A stretch of 64,000 nucleotides of DNA from Octopus sinensis (taxonomy: Eukaryota). Shown here piece after piece: positions 1 to 11,820 of this stretch (position 1 is its first letter; every line of letters starts with the position of its first letter). The stretch is taken from NCBI RefSeq assembly GCF_006345805.1, contig NC_042997.1:166346001-166410000 (forward strand). The letters run 5' to 3'. Position numbers and translations under genes: made by a program. The notes under the pieces were generated by a model. That model saw only the letters and a list, made by a program, of their open reading frames with translations, made no database searches and had not been told where the DNA came from.

Positions 1-1575
1 ATGCTCAAAATATCTGGCAGTGTCGGCTATAACCTAGTCACCCGTATAGTCAACCAGGTGATACACGAAGGAGTCATACCCAATGACTGGTGCAGCAGCA
101 TACTAGTCAACTGCTACAAAGGTAAAGGTGATGCCCTAGATACAAATAATTACAGAGGTATCAAGCTGTTGGATCAAGTAATGAAGGTTACGGAGAGGGT
201 CATAGCCCAACTAATTAGAGAGAGAGTTAGTTTAGATGAGATGCAGTTTGGGTTCGTGCCAGGGAAAAGTACCACTGATGCTATATTCCTGGTAAGGCAG
301 CTGCAGGAGAAATACCTAGCCAAAGATAAGCCCCTGTACCTGGCTTTCGTTGACATGGAGAAAGCTTTTGATAGGGTCCCCCGATCCCTTATCTGGTGGT
401 CAATGAGGAAACTAGGGATAGATGAATGGCTGGTGAGGACTGTGCAAGCCATGTACAGAGATGCCGTAAGTAAGGTTAGGGTTGGCAACATGTACACAGA
501 AGAATTCAAAGTAGAGGTTGGGGTCCACCAGGGTTCAGTACTCAGCCCCCTCCTATTTATCATAGTACTCCAGGCAATTACGGAGGAATTCAAGACAGGC
601 TGTCCCTGGGAGCTCCTCTACGCTGACGACCTTGCTCTTATTGCTGAGTCACTATCAGAACTGGAGGAGAAGTTCCAGGTGTGGAAGGAGGGTTTAGAAT
701 CAAGGGGCCTTAGAGTCAACCTAGCTAAAACCAAAGTACTAATAAGTAGAAAGGTAGACAATCCACAAATATCTTCAGGAAGATGGCCCTGCTCGATCTG
801 TAGAAAAGGTGTAGGTAGAAACTCTATAAGATGTACCCAGTGTAAGCTATGGACACATAAGAGGTGCAGCAATGTCAAAGGTAGGCTAACTGGGAAGATA
901 GTTTTTGTATGTGGCAGATGCTCGGGAGCATTAACCTCCGAAAATCTGCAGAAAACAACTTCCGTCACTTTCCAGGGGGAAAAACTAGAAGTAGTTGATA
1001 GCTTCCGTTATCTAGGTGACCAAGTCAGTAGTGGGGGTGGGTGCGCTGAAAGTGTAACTGCTAGAATAAGAATAGCCTGGGCAAAGTTTAGGGAGCTCTT
1101 ACCTCTGCTGGTGACTAAAGGCCTCTCGCTCAGAGTAAAAGGCAGACTGTATGATGCGTGTGTACGAACAGCCATGCTACATGGCAGCGAAACATGGGCC
1201 GTGACTGCTGAGGACATGCGTAAGCTCGTGAGGAATGAAGCCAGTATGCTCCGATGGATGTGTAATGTCAGTGTACATACTCGACAGAGCGTTAGCACCT
1301 TGAGAGAAATGTTGTACCTAAGAAGCATCAGTTGTGGTGTGCAAGAGAGACGATTGCGCTGGTATGGTCATGTGGCGAGAATGGATGAAGATAGGTGTGT
1401 GAGAAAGTGCCAATCCCTAGCAGTTGAGGGAACCCGTGGAAGAGGTAGACCCAGGAAAACCTGGGACGAGGTGGTGAAGCACGACCTTCGAACTTTAGGC
1501 CTCACTGAGGAAATGACCAGAGACCGAGACCTTTGGAAATATTCTGTACGTGAGAAGACCAGGCAGGACAAGTGA
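1..1575 (+). CDS. Reverse transcriptase of RTE LINE (5'-partial) with an internal PHD-like Cys/His finger
   Basis: Motifs NYRGIKLL, QFGF, AFVDMEKAFDRV, GVHQGSVLSPLLF, LLYADD (YADD at 619-630), FRYLG, and RTE-typical C-terminus RRLRWYGHVARM...RGRGRPRKTW. Confidence 0.95.
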   Translation: MLKISGSVGYNLVTRIVNQVIHEGVIPNDWCSSILVNCYKGKGDALDTNNYRGIKLLDQVMKVTERVIAQLIRERVSLDEMQFGFVPGKSTTDAIFLVRQLQEKYLAKDKPLYLAFVDMEKAFDRVPRSLIWWSMRKLGIDEWLVRTVQAMYRDAVSKVRVGNMYTEEFKVEVGVHQGSVLSPLLFIIVLQAITEEFKTGCPWELLYADDLALIAESLSELEEKFQVWKEGLESRGLRVNLAKTKVLISRKVDNPQISSGRWPCSICRKGVGRNSIRCTQCKLWTHKRCSNVKGRLTGKIVFVCGRCSGALTSENLQKTTSVTFQGEKLEVVDSFRYLGDQVSSGGGCAESVTARIRIAWAKFRELLPLLVTKGLSLRVKGRLYDACVRTAMLHGSETWAVTAEDMRKLVRNEASMLRWMCNVSVHTRQSVSTLREMLYLRSISCGVQERRLRWYGHVARMDEDRCVRKCQSLAVEGTRGRGRPRKTWDEVVKHDLRTLGLTEEMTRDRDLWKYSVREKTRQDK

Positions 1576-1658
1576 GCCCAGCCCACTTATGAATGCCTTT
1601 CCTCCCTTGGACACAAAGACCGGTTGAGGCAAGCGAAGTCGATATAGAACCTCATCCG

Positions 1659-2110
1659 ACGACAGACACCCATGCCAACCCCCCATGCTTGCGAAGACAT
1701 GTTGGGGCAAGCGAAATCGAAATCGAAACCGAATTGAACCAGCCAGGATCCCTGGCCTGGTGGTACGTAAAAAGCACTATCCGACTCGTGGCCGTGGCAC
1801 GTAAAATACTCCAATGCGACCGTACGACAGGCACCCATGCCAACCCCCTTTGCTTGTGAAGACATGTTGGGGCAAGCGAAATCGAAATCGAATTGAACCA
1901 GCCAGGATCCCTGGTCTGGTGGTACGTAAAAAGCACTATCCGACTCGTGGCCGTGGCACGTAAAATACTCCAATGCGACCGTACGACAGGCACCCATGCC
2001 AACCCCCTTTGCTTGTGAAGACATGTTGGGGCAAGCGAAATCGAAATCGAATTGAACCAGCCAGGATCCCTGGTCTGGTGGTACGTAAAAAGCACTATCC
2101 GACTCGTGGC
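1659..2110 (+). repeat. Tandem repeat (about 159-165 bp units, about 2.8 copies) in the RTE 3' UTR
   Basis: Unit beginning ACGACAGGCACCCATGCCAACCCCC recurs at about 1659, 1824 and 1983. Confidence 0.9.
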
Positions 2111-2814
2111 CGATGCCAGCACCGCCTCGACTGGCTTCCGTGCCGGTGGCACATAAAATACACCAATCTGACCGTGGCCGTTGCCAGCCCCGCCTGGCAC
2201 CTGTGCAGGTGGCACGTAAAAAGCACCCACTACACTCACGGAGTGGTTGGCGTTAGGAAGGGCATCCAGCTGTAGAAACATTGCCAGATTAGACTGGAGC
2301 CTGGTGCAGCCTTCTGGCTTCCCAGAACCCCGGTCGAACCGTCCAACCCATGCTAGCATGGAGAACGGACGTTAAACGACGATGACGACGACGACGACTC
2401 ATATTCATGAAAGCAGAGAAGAGCAAGTCAGCTGGTAATACTTAGAGCTCTCCAAAATATATTAGCAGCAAGATTAGAATTTATTTTTACAAATTAACAA
2501 AATACTTGTAAAGAACACAGTACCATCTACAGTCTACATCAATGATCTGCACCATAACAGATGTCATTTCTAGATAATTCATATTTAAGTGTCTTAGTTG
2601 AATGTCATAAGGCAATTAGTCAACATGTTTATACACAATTTATACACACAGACTCATTAATATGTTGGTAGGGCATAAAAAAAGGATTGAAGAAAATTTT
2701 AATGAGCAATAATGTTAATATCAGAGCCAAGCAACAGAGAACAAAAATGCATTCCAGAGTTTCACTTCACAGCAATATTATATGCATTAAACACACATAC
2801 ATCTATAAAATTTC

Positions 2815-3620
2815 ATACATTATCATCATCATCACCATTTAACATCCATTTTCCGTGCTGATATGGGTTGGACAGTTTGCCTAAAAACTGGTAAGCTGGG
2901 AGCTGCACCAAGTTCCAACCTGAATTGGCAAGGTTCCTATGGCTGGATGCCCTTCCTAACGCCAACCATTCTGAGAGTGTAGTAGGTGTTTTTTTTTGTG
3001 CCACTGATACAGGTGCCATTGACCTGACACTGGCATCAGCCACAACTATGGTCTAACCTGGCTTGACAGGTCTACACAAGCATGGTATATCATCAAAGGT
3101 CTTGGTCACCTGTCACTGCCTCCATGAGGCCCAAAGCTCGAACGATGCTTTTTACATCATCATTTAACATCCATCTTCCATGCTAGCATGGGCTGGACAG
3201 TTTGAAAGGAACCAGTCAAGAAGAAGACTACACCAGGCTTCTGTGTCTGTTTTGGCATGGTCTTTACAGCTGGATGCCCTTTCTAACACTGCACACACCA
3301 TAGAGTGAACTTAGTGCTTTTTATGTGACACCATCATCATCATCATCATCATCATCATTATTTAATGCTGGCATAGGTTGAATGACTTGACATGAGCTGG
3401 CAAACCAAAGGTGCACCAAGCTCTACTGGCTACTTTGGCATGGTTTCTACAGCTGGATGCCCTTCCTAATGCCAACTCTTTTAAGGAGTATAGTGGATGC
3501 TTTTTATGTGGCACTAGCACTGGCAGGGTCACCAACTAATTTGCAAAACAAAGCCCCTCAACTAGGAGGGGGAGTAGTATTGAGAGAAATGGTTTTGTAC
3601 CAAGTGCCTTGCAGTAGAGG
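2815..3620 (-). mobile_element. Stack of about three older RTE 3'-tail fragments
   Basis: Repeated (CAT)n + TTTAACATCC...CATGGGTTGGAC...GCTGGATGCCCTTCCTAA blocks, the reverse complement of the RTE terminus. Confidence 0.8.
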
Positions 3621-4114
3621 AGATACATAACTCCCTTGATTGGAAAAAGAGAAGGGGAGAGAGAGAGAGAGAGAGAAGATGGTAAAGAAGATGTGCACAG
3701 GTGCACCCTCAATTTACAAGGAGGAGTATACACAAGTGAAGTGGTATAGAGGGTTGGATAGAATGAGTGAGCAGGTAAGTTCAAAAGAAAAGTGAAAGAT
3801 GGTGGGGAGGGGAATGTAGTCAGTGAACATGGAGGGAGGGAGAGAGAGTTCTGTCAAGGACAAATTGTGTTGGGCAGAGAGATCCATTAAGGAAAAATTT
3901 TGCACAGGAAAATTTGCAAGAGTATGAATACTGGAAGAGTCCCACATATGTGTGTGCATATAGAATATGAGGGATTTAGTTCACTGGTGATCTAAACGAA
4001 TAGGTATGCTAAGTGTTATAGCTGGTCATCTGTTAAGTTCCTTACCCTAATTAAATATTCTGAATGACTTGAGATATATGACCTGCCTTGGTTTTTGTTG
4101 TCCGTTTTCCTCTA

Positions 4115-4171
4115 ATATAATATATGATTTATATATATATATATATATACATATATATATACACACACATA

Positions 4172-4229
<58 letters not shown>
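4115..4229. repeat. (TA)n microsatellite; other long tracts near 6645, 7680, 8107, 24908 and 48800
   Basis: Directly visible. Confidence 0.95.
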
Positions 4230-4232
<3 letters not shown>

Positions 4233-6422
4233 AGTATGGAAAATAGACACTAAATGGTGGTGGTGATGATATATATCGTGGCCTAGTGGTTAGGGTGTTG
4301 CTTCCACAATCATGAAATTGTTTAACCATTTAGCATTCACAGTATTCTGTCAAATGCAATACTTATTTATTCACATTGTTTTGCATTAGTCATGCATTAT
4401 CTCATAACTTTTATATTTTGATGAGTTAACAGGTAATTTTTAGAATATCATAAGATTGGTGTTAGAGGCCATATCTGGTCAGTTTGAACATAGTGCAGGT
4501 AGAGTATAGTGGCTGGTAGAGTATTTTGGTGGAACATGTGAAGTGCCCATGAACCTGCACTTTCTCCAGACATGGCTGTGTGGTTAAAAAGTTCACTTTT
4601 CAACCATATGGTTTCAAGTTCAGTCCCACAATGCAGTACATAGGACAAATGTCTTCTGTTATAGCTCCAGGCCAATGAAAGCCTTGTGAATAGATTCAAT
4701 AGATGAGTAAGTGAAAAAAGTGTGTGTGTATGCATGTGTGTGAATGTATGTGCATGTATGTGTGTGTGTGTGTGTGCATGCTTGTGTGGAAAAGAGAGAG
4801 AGAGAGCTCAAAGAAGTTATCTAATAATAAATCATACAGAACAAATTTTCCCACATTTCAAAAGAAACATTATCGTTCTAAATTATTTCCCAATTTCCAG
4901 TTAGTCAGTACTATATGCAGCATTATATTTCTATTACTCTATCAATATTGATGCATATCCCCTTACACCAGCACAAACAATGCACCGAAAACTGCACTGC
5001 CCTCCTTAGAAAGATGCCTGTGGGAGTAGAACAATATGTAACATCTATAATTCAAAGAGACCTGTTACCAATTAACATTAAAGCAATCTCTTGACTTTCA
5101 ACCAACTGTATCAGATACTTTGATTTTTACCAGCAAGAAAGATGGTTTACATCCACAATGTTTACTTTTGGACGTTTGAAAGTCAGAATGTTGCTTTAAG
5201 GTCATTGGTAACACATCTATCTAGGTTACATATGCATGGTTCCAATCTTGTAGACAGCTTTCCACTTGTTTTCTGAACAAGGAGTTTTTAAATTTATCTA
5301 TTATAAGCTATTATTTATAGCTGAGTTTGCTTTGAGACAAATTGATAATAAAAACTTATTTACAAAAATTTTATTTTTTATCATTCAGCAAATTTTCAGA
5401 ACATACAACACATACACACATATAAATACACACACTTATACATTTATACACATATATACATACACACATATACACCATCACTGTCATTATTTAACAACCA
5501 AGTCCATGCTGGCATGGGCTGGGTGGTTTGACAGGATCCTATGGGTCCAAGGACAGCATCATGCTCCAGTGTCTGCTTTGGCATGGTTTCTATGATTGGA
5601 TGTCCTTCCTAATGCTTGTCACACTACAGCATGTACTGGGTACTTATTTCATGTCATCAGCACAAGTGAGGTTATTATGGAGCTTGTAAGATTACAAACC
5701 CTGAGGAAGAAGCTTTATACTAGGAGATGTAAATGGAAAAGTCTAAGAGAAGCAGCCAAAACAGAAAAGTTTTCTTGCAGTAAAGGTGTTACTTGTCTCC
5801 TCACATTTTAGAAGAAAGGATGGGAATAATTGGATGGAGCTGGAAAGAGATAAAAATGGTGGTGACGAGGTGTCTGGGTAGAAGTAAATAGGACAGGGGG
5901 ACCAAGAGTGTGGGTAAGTGGTGGTTGCAAGAGAGTATGAGGGAGTGAGAGATAGGGAATCACTGAGGGAAGAGAAGGTAGGCAACAACTGTAAAGATTG
6001 GGTCAGGTTGAAGGGGAGATGTAATGAATGGTGGATGACTAATGATACAGGTGTTACAGAAAGTAGGGTAGGAGTCAGCAGGAGATAACAGTGCAAAGCA
6101 GCAGAATTGTAATGATGATAAAGGGGACAGAAGAAGGACAAGAGAGAGATGACATGTAGTTGGGTAAGTTACAGGAACATGTGGTGGTGGGGAAGAAGAC
6201 AAGCATAGTGCACAAGAAGAGTGAGAGACATGGTGAGGGAGAAAGAGAGTTGTGAGATAATTTGGTGGCTCAGTGGGAGCAGTGATCAATAAAAGTGTGG
6301 GTAAAAAGAACAGTATTAATGGAAGAAGGATAGCTAACAAGTCAAATGATTCTGGGTAGTAAGAATAGTAAGTGGCGTCAAGGAAGAGTTGCAGATAGAG
6401 AGATGTTCATATATATGAACCG

Positions 6423-6481
6423 GTGATTGTTGTGCGCTGACAACGGGTAAATACCCAGAAACCCAGGTCCGTGCATATCAC
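6423..6481 (+). ncRNA. Decayed minimal type I hammerhead ribozyme motif (Penelope/retrozyme-like)
   Basis: GTGAT..TGTGCG | CTGACAA | GGGT-AAAT-ACCC stem II | GAAA | CCCAGG | TC | CGTGCA-T-ATCAC; stems I, II and III all pair; one core G>A change. Confidence 0.65.
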
Positions 6482-6648
6482 GTCAGGTCGACGATGGGAA
6501 GGATGGCTTCCCTTTGCAAATGCCGATAGGGCACAGAAAGTGTGTCAATAGCCAGCTGGAAAAGATGTTCTCCTGGGGCTACAAGCTACAGTAGCATCCA
6601 CCCTTAGTGGTTAGCCATATTTAAATGGCAAATATACTTCACATGTAT

Positions 6649-6700
<52 letters not shown>

Positions 6701-7704
6701 TATACATATATATAACCACACCAATACACACAGCACTTCTAGAACTCAGTTTCCCAAAGGTGGGTTGGTCCTATCAATAACGACACATTGCCAATCACCC
6801 TAGTCCTTTTTCATCTCTTCCTAGAGGTTCAAAGTTATGAAATGAGCCCTCACTACTTTGTCCTATATCTTCCTAAGTCTCTTTCTTCAACAAGCTCTAT
6901 CCACATTATGTGACTGGTATTTTTTATACAACAGTTTGCTTCCATATGCATCACATATGCGTGTGTATATGCACATATACATACATACAAGTAATATATT
7001 TGTGACACGAAAGACATTCAGCTACAGAAAATCTTCCTCTATAAATTTTCCATCTGACCTATACAAGCAAGGAAAGGTGAACACACACACAAATATTCAT
7101 AGTCATACATATAAGAGTACACTTGAATATGGATAAAGGTATATTGATTTACATAAGGAGAGCAATAAAAGTAAATGATATTCAGAAATATATCTGAATA
7201 GCTATGGGTGAGAGAGACAGAGAGAGAGAGAGAATTTTTTTGTGTGCGTGTGTGTTTCACTGTATTTATACAGCTGTTCTATGGCTGGTGAGACTACATA
7301 TTACATTTGTGTGTATATAGTTGTGTGCATGTATGCTTGGGGCACTGGTGCACATTAGAATGAAGCACATGTGTGTGTGTTTGTGTGTGTGTGTACGTAC
7401 TTGCATGCATGTGTGCATGTGTAATCCTTTACTAATCTCCACTTTTTTACGTTTGCATGGGTCAAATGGAATTCATCGAGACAGAATTTCTACAAATGAG
7501 CACCCTTCCTGTCACCAACCCTCATCTGTTTTCAAGTCATCCAATATTTCTCCCTGGCCAGACAAGTTTTCATGGAAGATTGGAAGCATAGGATCCACTT
7601 GTATAACAGTGACATTCATTTACAAATATCATGGAATGTCAAGAGAAGGAGTCACAAAAATTTATGCACAAATATACACATATATATATATACATATATA
7701 TGTA

Positions 7705-7749
<45 letters not shown>

Positions 7750-7753
<4 letters not shown>

Positions 7754-7897
7754 TCATCATCATCATCATCATTTAGCGTCCGTTCTCCATGCTAGCATGG
7801 GTTGGACGGTTCAACTGGGGTCTGTGAAGCTGGAAGGCTTCATCAGGCCCAGTCAGATCTGGCAGTGTTTCTACGGCTGGATGCCCTTCCTAACGCC
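7750..7897 (-). mobile_element. 5'-truncated RTE tail (about 130 bp plus GAT tail) inserted in a TA microsatellite
   Basis: (CAT)n TTTAGCGTCCGTTCTCCATGCTAGCATGGGTTGGAC...GGATGCCCTTCCTAACGCC matches the reverse complement of the RTE terminus. Confidence 0.9.
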
Positions 7898-8104
7898 ATA
7901 CATTGACACGTTCACACAATTAAAAAGGGAAAAAAATGAAACTATATAAAGAATAAAAAATGTTAAGACATATGGAAAGCTTGTGCAGAAACATAGTAAA
8001 AATGTGGATTCTATCTGTGATCTTGGGGTAGAGGTGGGGCCAAAACCATAACAGGTATTATGTCACATGTGGACATGATCCCAAAAGTTTAGTTCTTGAA
8101 TTTA

Positions 8105-8158
<54 letters not shown>

Positions 8159-8298
8159 ACATGTTTGAAAAGATAATCAAAAGTGTTCACACACACTAGA
8201 AGCTTACAATTAAGAATCTACATCTTTTTTTTTAAATCTTATTTTAAAACTGTATCAAGTAATTTTCATAAAGACTCTTATATATGTGTGTGTGTGTA

Positions 8299-8346
<48 letters not shown>

Positions 8347-8556
8347 TCTAAATTCAAGAACTAAACTTTTGGGATCATGTCCACATGTGACATAATACCT
8401 GTTATGGTTTTGGCCCCACCTCTACCCCAAGATCACAGATAGAATCCGCATTTTTACTATGTTTCTGCACAAGCTTTCCATATGTCTTAACATTTTTTAT
8501 TCTTTATATAGTTTCATTTTTTTCCCTTTTTAATTGTGTGAACGTGTCAATGTATG
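7897..8556. repeat. Near-perfect inverted repeat, arms of about 210 bp (7897-8107 and 8346-8556)
   Basis: Arms compared by eye; one mismatch seen (AATGTGG versus CCGCATT). Confidence 0.95.
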
Positions 8557-8579
8557 AGTATATGTATGTATATATTTTT

Positions 8580-9200
8580 TATAGCTTCCGTTACCTAGGT
8601 AACCAAGTCATTAGCAAGAGTGGATGCTCTGAAAGTGTAGCTGCTAGAATAAGAATAACCTGGGCAAAGTTCAGAGAGTTCCTATCTCTGCTGGGGACAA
8701 AGGGCCTCTTGCTCAAAGTAAAAGGTAGACTGTATGACACCTGTGCAAACAGCCATGCTACATGACAGAGAAACATAGACTGTGACTGCTGAGGACATGT
8801 GTAAGCTTGCAAGGAATGAAGCCAGTATGCTCCATTGGATGTGTAATGTCAGTGTACATACACGACAGAGTGTAAGCTCCCTGAGAGAAAAGTTGGACTT
8901 AGGAAGCATCAGATGTGGTGTGCAAGAGAGACGACTGCACTGGTATGGTCAAATGTGAAGAAGTGTTGCACCCAAGCAGTTGAGGGAACCTGTGGAAGAG
9001 ATAGACCCAGGAAGACCTGGGATGAGGTGGTGACGCACGACCTTTGAACATTGGGCCTCACTGAGGCAATGACAAGTAACCAAGACCTTTGGAAATATTC
9101 TGTGATTGAGAAGACCCAGCAAGCCAAGCGAGGCCATAACTGTGGCTTATGCCAGTGCTGCATAACCAGCCCATTTAAGAGTACCCTTCACTCATTGGAT
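8580..9200 (+). mobile_element. Degraded RTE ORF 3' fragment
   Basis: SFRYLGNQVISKSGCSESVAARIRITWAKFRE... homologous to 1000-1575, with frameshifts and stops. Confidence 0.9.
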
Positions 9201-9240
9201 AATAAACTTTTATTCAACAGTTTTTCGTAGCTTCTATTGC

Positions 9241-9308
9241 CATTAATAGCTGATGAGAATGCATCATAGCTCTTCACTCTGACATTCAAAACTCCGAGCA
9301 CTATAATG
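9241..9308 (+). ncRNA. Decayed minimal type I hammerhead ribozyme motif
   Basis: CATTAATAG | CTGATGA | GAATG...CATTC stem II | AAAA (for GAAA) | CTCCGAG stem III | CA | CTATAATG stem I'; two core substitutions. Confidence 0.5.
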
Positions 9309-9448
9309 ACAACTTACTGATTGTCCTAAATTATACATATATAAATAATCCTCTATTTACCTAATATCAAGGTCTCATTCTTTTGTTGTCACTTATTATT
9401 ATTATTATTATTATTATTATACACACACGCACACACTCACACATACAC

Positions 9449-10497
9449 ACTAGCAATGCATCATGGCATTGCCTTGGTATTATGACCTACAGCCACATTG
9501 TATTTCCTTTCTTAAGGGCAGAATTTCATGTTCCTTTCTTATGGGCAGAATCAGCACAGCTGATATATAGAGAACTGGATTACTGGTGTAATGGAAGTTA
9601 TTGTTTGTTTAAAAGTCAACAGGGGAGGGTACAATTTCCATGGGTTTGCATGAAAGTGCTTTCTCTTCTTAAGAAGGATCACAAAGTATATATTGTTTCA
9701 TTGTATAAAACGGGTTTAATACGATTTTGTCCAGAAATCACATTTTCAAAATTTTAATTCCCCCACTTCCCAGCCTGTCCCCACTGCAATTTCTTAATTT
9801 GTAACTTTTAAAAAAATATTTATTTTTTTTATCCATGTCAAAAAATGCAGAGATTATGACTCTGGGAAATATATATTTATTTATAAAGTTTAATTTTTCT
9901 TAAACAAACACCCAATGCCCTTTCCCCTACTTCACCCAACCATCACCTACCCACTTTCAAAAAGCGAAAGCCCTCAAATGTTTCACTTTCGTCTGATGTT
10001 TCATGCATGTGTAAAATTATACTGACATAGCTGATATAAAAAAACACCAGACCACCACCAGAAAACCCAACATGCTAGAAACAATAGGTAAACAACATTA
10101 TTTCTGAAGAAATTTCCCTGCTTTCCAAAAAGCTAAAAGTGAAACATTGGGAGTTTGTAGCTTTTTGAAAGTGATGAGGTCATGGGTGGATGTTTGGGAA
10201 GGAGATTTTTGTGTTTCTTTAAGAAAAAAAAGAAGAAGAAAACTCTTAAAGATTTGTACTCTCTCTTCTTTTTTTCCATGATTACCAAGAAAAAAAATTT
10301 GGTAAAAAGTACAGATGTAGAAATTGGGGTGGGGAGAGAGAAAATTAAAATATTGAGAACATGATTTTTGACCGAAATCCTAATTTCCTGTATTGAAAAC
10401 ATAGGAATCAGAAGAAATTTAGGAAAAAAATAACTGGGGAGCTCAAATGTCACCTTGGACTTGCTAGAAACAACAGGTAAAGGACAAGATTTCTGGG
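9449..10497. mobile_element. Dispersed about 1-kb non-coding repeat, copy 1; possibly a non-autonomous Helentron/HINE-like element
   Basis: Colinear with 17337-18212; begins ACTAGCA...GGCATTGCC(T)TGG, a terminal hairpin motif resembling DINE-1/Helentron ends. The duplication is certain; the class is inferred. Confidence 0.6.
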
Positions 10498-11390
10498 AAA
10501 ACTTCTATTTAAGTTTATATCAAAGATCAGGTATTTAAATATGCTCAACACAAGGACAAATTACAGTATAGAAAAAGGTCATTTCAATTGGATTTGAGCT
10601 GTAATTTTGCATGTGCACTCAGCAAGAAATAACATGATTCATACAGAAGTTTTACCTAGAGTGTGTGTGTGTGTGTGTGTATGTGTGTGCCAAAGGAAGT
10701 TATTTTATGGCTTTCTTTTGTTTGAAACAGCAAAGTTGTCAATTCGATCATATGGCCAATCACACGGGACCATATGATTGTTCGTAAATTTCTGTGATTT
10801 TTTAAAAAATTTCTTTATGCTTTGAAGGAAGCAGAAATTGAAAGGGAGGAAAAAGTGAAAAGACAACATTTGCTTTGAAGTGAGAGCAAAAAGTGAAAGA
10901 TAGGAGGAAGTGAGAGATGTATGTAGGTGTATATGAAATGGACGTGCATGCAAGTGAGAGAGCGAGTGAGTGAGTGAAGGTGTGTTGTCATGTACGTATT
11001 ATTTTGCATGTATGTGTGACACTCACTCATGCTCTCTCTCTCTCACACACACTAACATTATATTTCATATACACATACATAAAGATATATGAATACATCC
11101 TTTTTGTTTGTATGTGAGCATGTGAGAGTGAGAGGGAGTGACTTCATTTCCTCATAACGTACAGAAAAATTGATGTCTTTTAATGTAATTGTTTTTGGTT
11201 GTAGCTTATTTTAATACAATATTTATGCGTACATTTTCCTAAATGTTTGTCTGAGTAGAATTCTACACGTGTGAAACATCAGATGAAAGTGAAACCACAA
11301 AATTGTGCAACCCAATTGCATTTCCTAGGTTATTTTAGTAGTAAAGAGAGTTATTGTGTCAAAAGCATAGTTTATTTGGTAGCCTTTATA

Positions 11391-11820
11391 TTGGGTGATC
11401 CCATAAATAATGCAGTTTTTGTATACTTCTTTTATTTTGCAAAATTAAGATAAGGTTCCTTTTTAATCTAAAATATACTCGCCTTCATTTTCTACAATGC
11501 TCTTCCATCTATCTGGTAGACTTCCAAAATTCATTTGTTCATGACAAAAAATATTCCTCCAGTACTGTTCTGACCTCGTCTACAGAATTCATATTTTTGC
11601 CATCCAAATGATTTTGAAGACAGCAGAATAAATGACAATCAGATGGGGCAATGTCCAGCAAATGTGGTGGGTGGGGCATCGTTTCCTATTCAAACTGCTC
11701 CAGCCTTTGGAATGTCATCTTTGCTGTATGTGACCGAACATTATCCTGATGGAAGAACACCTTTGTTTTTCTTCTAGTACTGACTTGAATGACTGGTTGA
11801 ATGGCCAAATCCAAGCTTAT
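11391..11820 (-). mobile_element. Mariner-family DNA transposon relic, 3' end with TIR
   Basis: TA|TTGGGTGATCCCATAAATAATGCAGTTTT TIR; minus strand encodes a decayed PHPP..DIAPSD.HLF..LQNHLDG transposase segment. Confidence 0.85.

Larger units (their letters stand above)
1..2398 (+). mobile_element. RTE-clade non-LTR retrotransposon (LINE), 3' portion, cut by the window edge; young copy, antisense within a TMX3 intron
   Basis: Open RT ORF 1-1575, GC-rich 3' UTR with internal tandem repeats, terminal CCAACCCATGCTAGCATGG...GTTAAAC followed by a (GAY)n tail ending near 2398; near-identical second copy at 48845-50388. Confidence 0.95.

Noticed and set aside
1659-2110. Regularly spaced repeats superficially like a CRISPR array (also the SINE array at 36885-38392)
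   Set aside because: Units are whole tandem copies without unique spacers, the context is eukaryotic, and there are no cas genes
1587-2359. Overlapping 70-235 aa ORFs on both strands (also 49510-50356, 31703-32247, 44758-45362)
   Set aside because: Products of the GC-rich, tandemly repeated RTE 3' UTR; no protein family motifs
4047-4329. YI/IY-rich ORFs (also 7321-7949, 24852-25185, 48676-48891)
   Set aside because: Translations of (TA)n and (CA)n microsatellites
4967-5017. Exon-like 51-nt segment on minus (cccacag acceptor, gtaagg donor), open in TMX3 phase: HLSKEGSAVFGALFVL
   Set aside because: No resemblance to the expected next TMX3 segment; such splice-like pairs arise by chance in long introns. 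Only RNA-seq could rescue it
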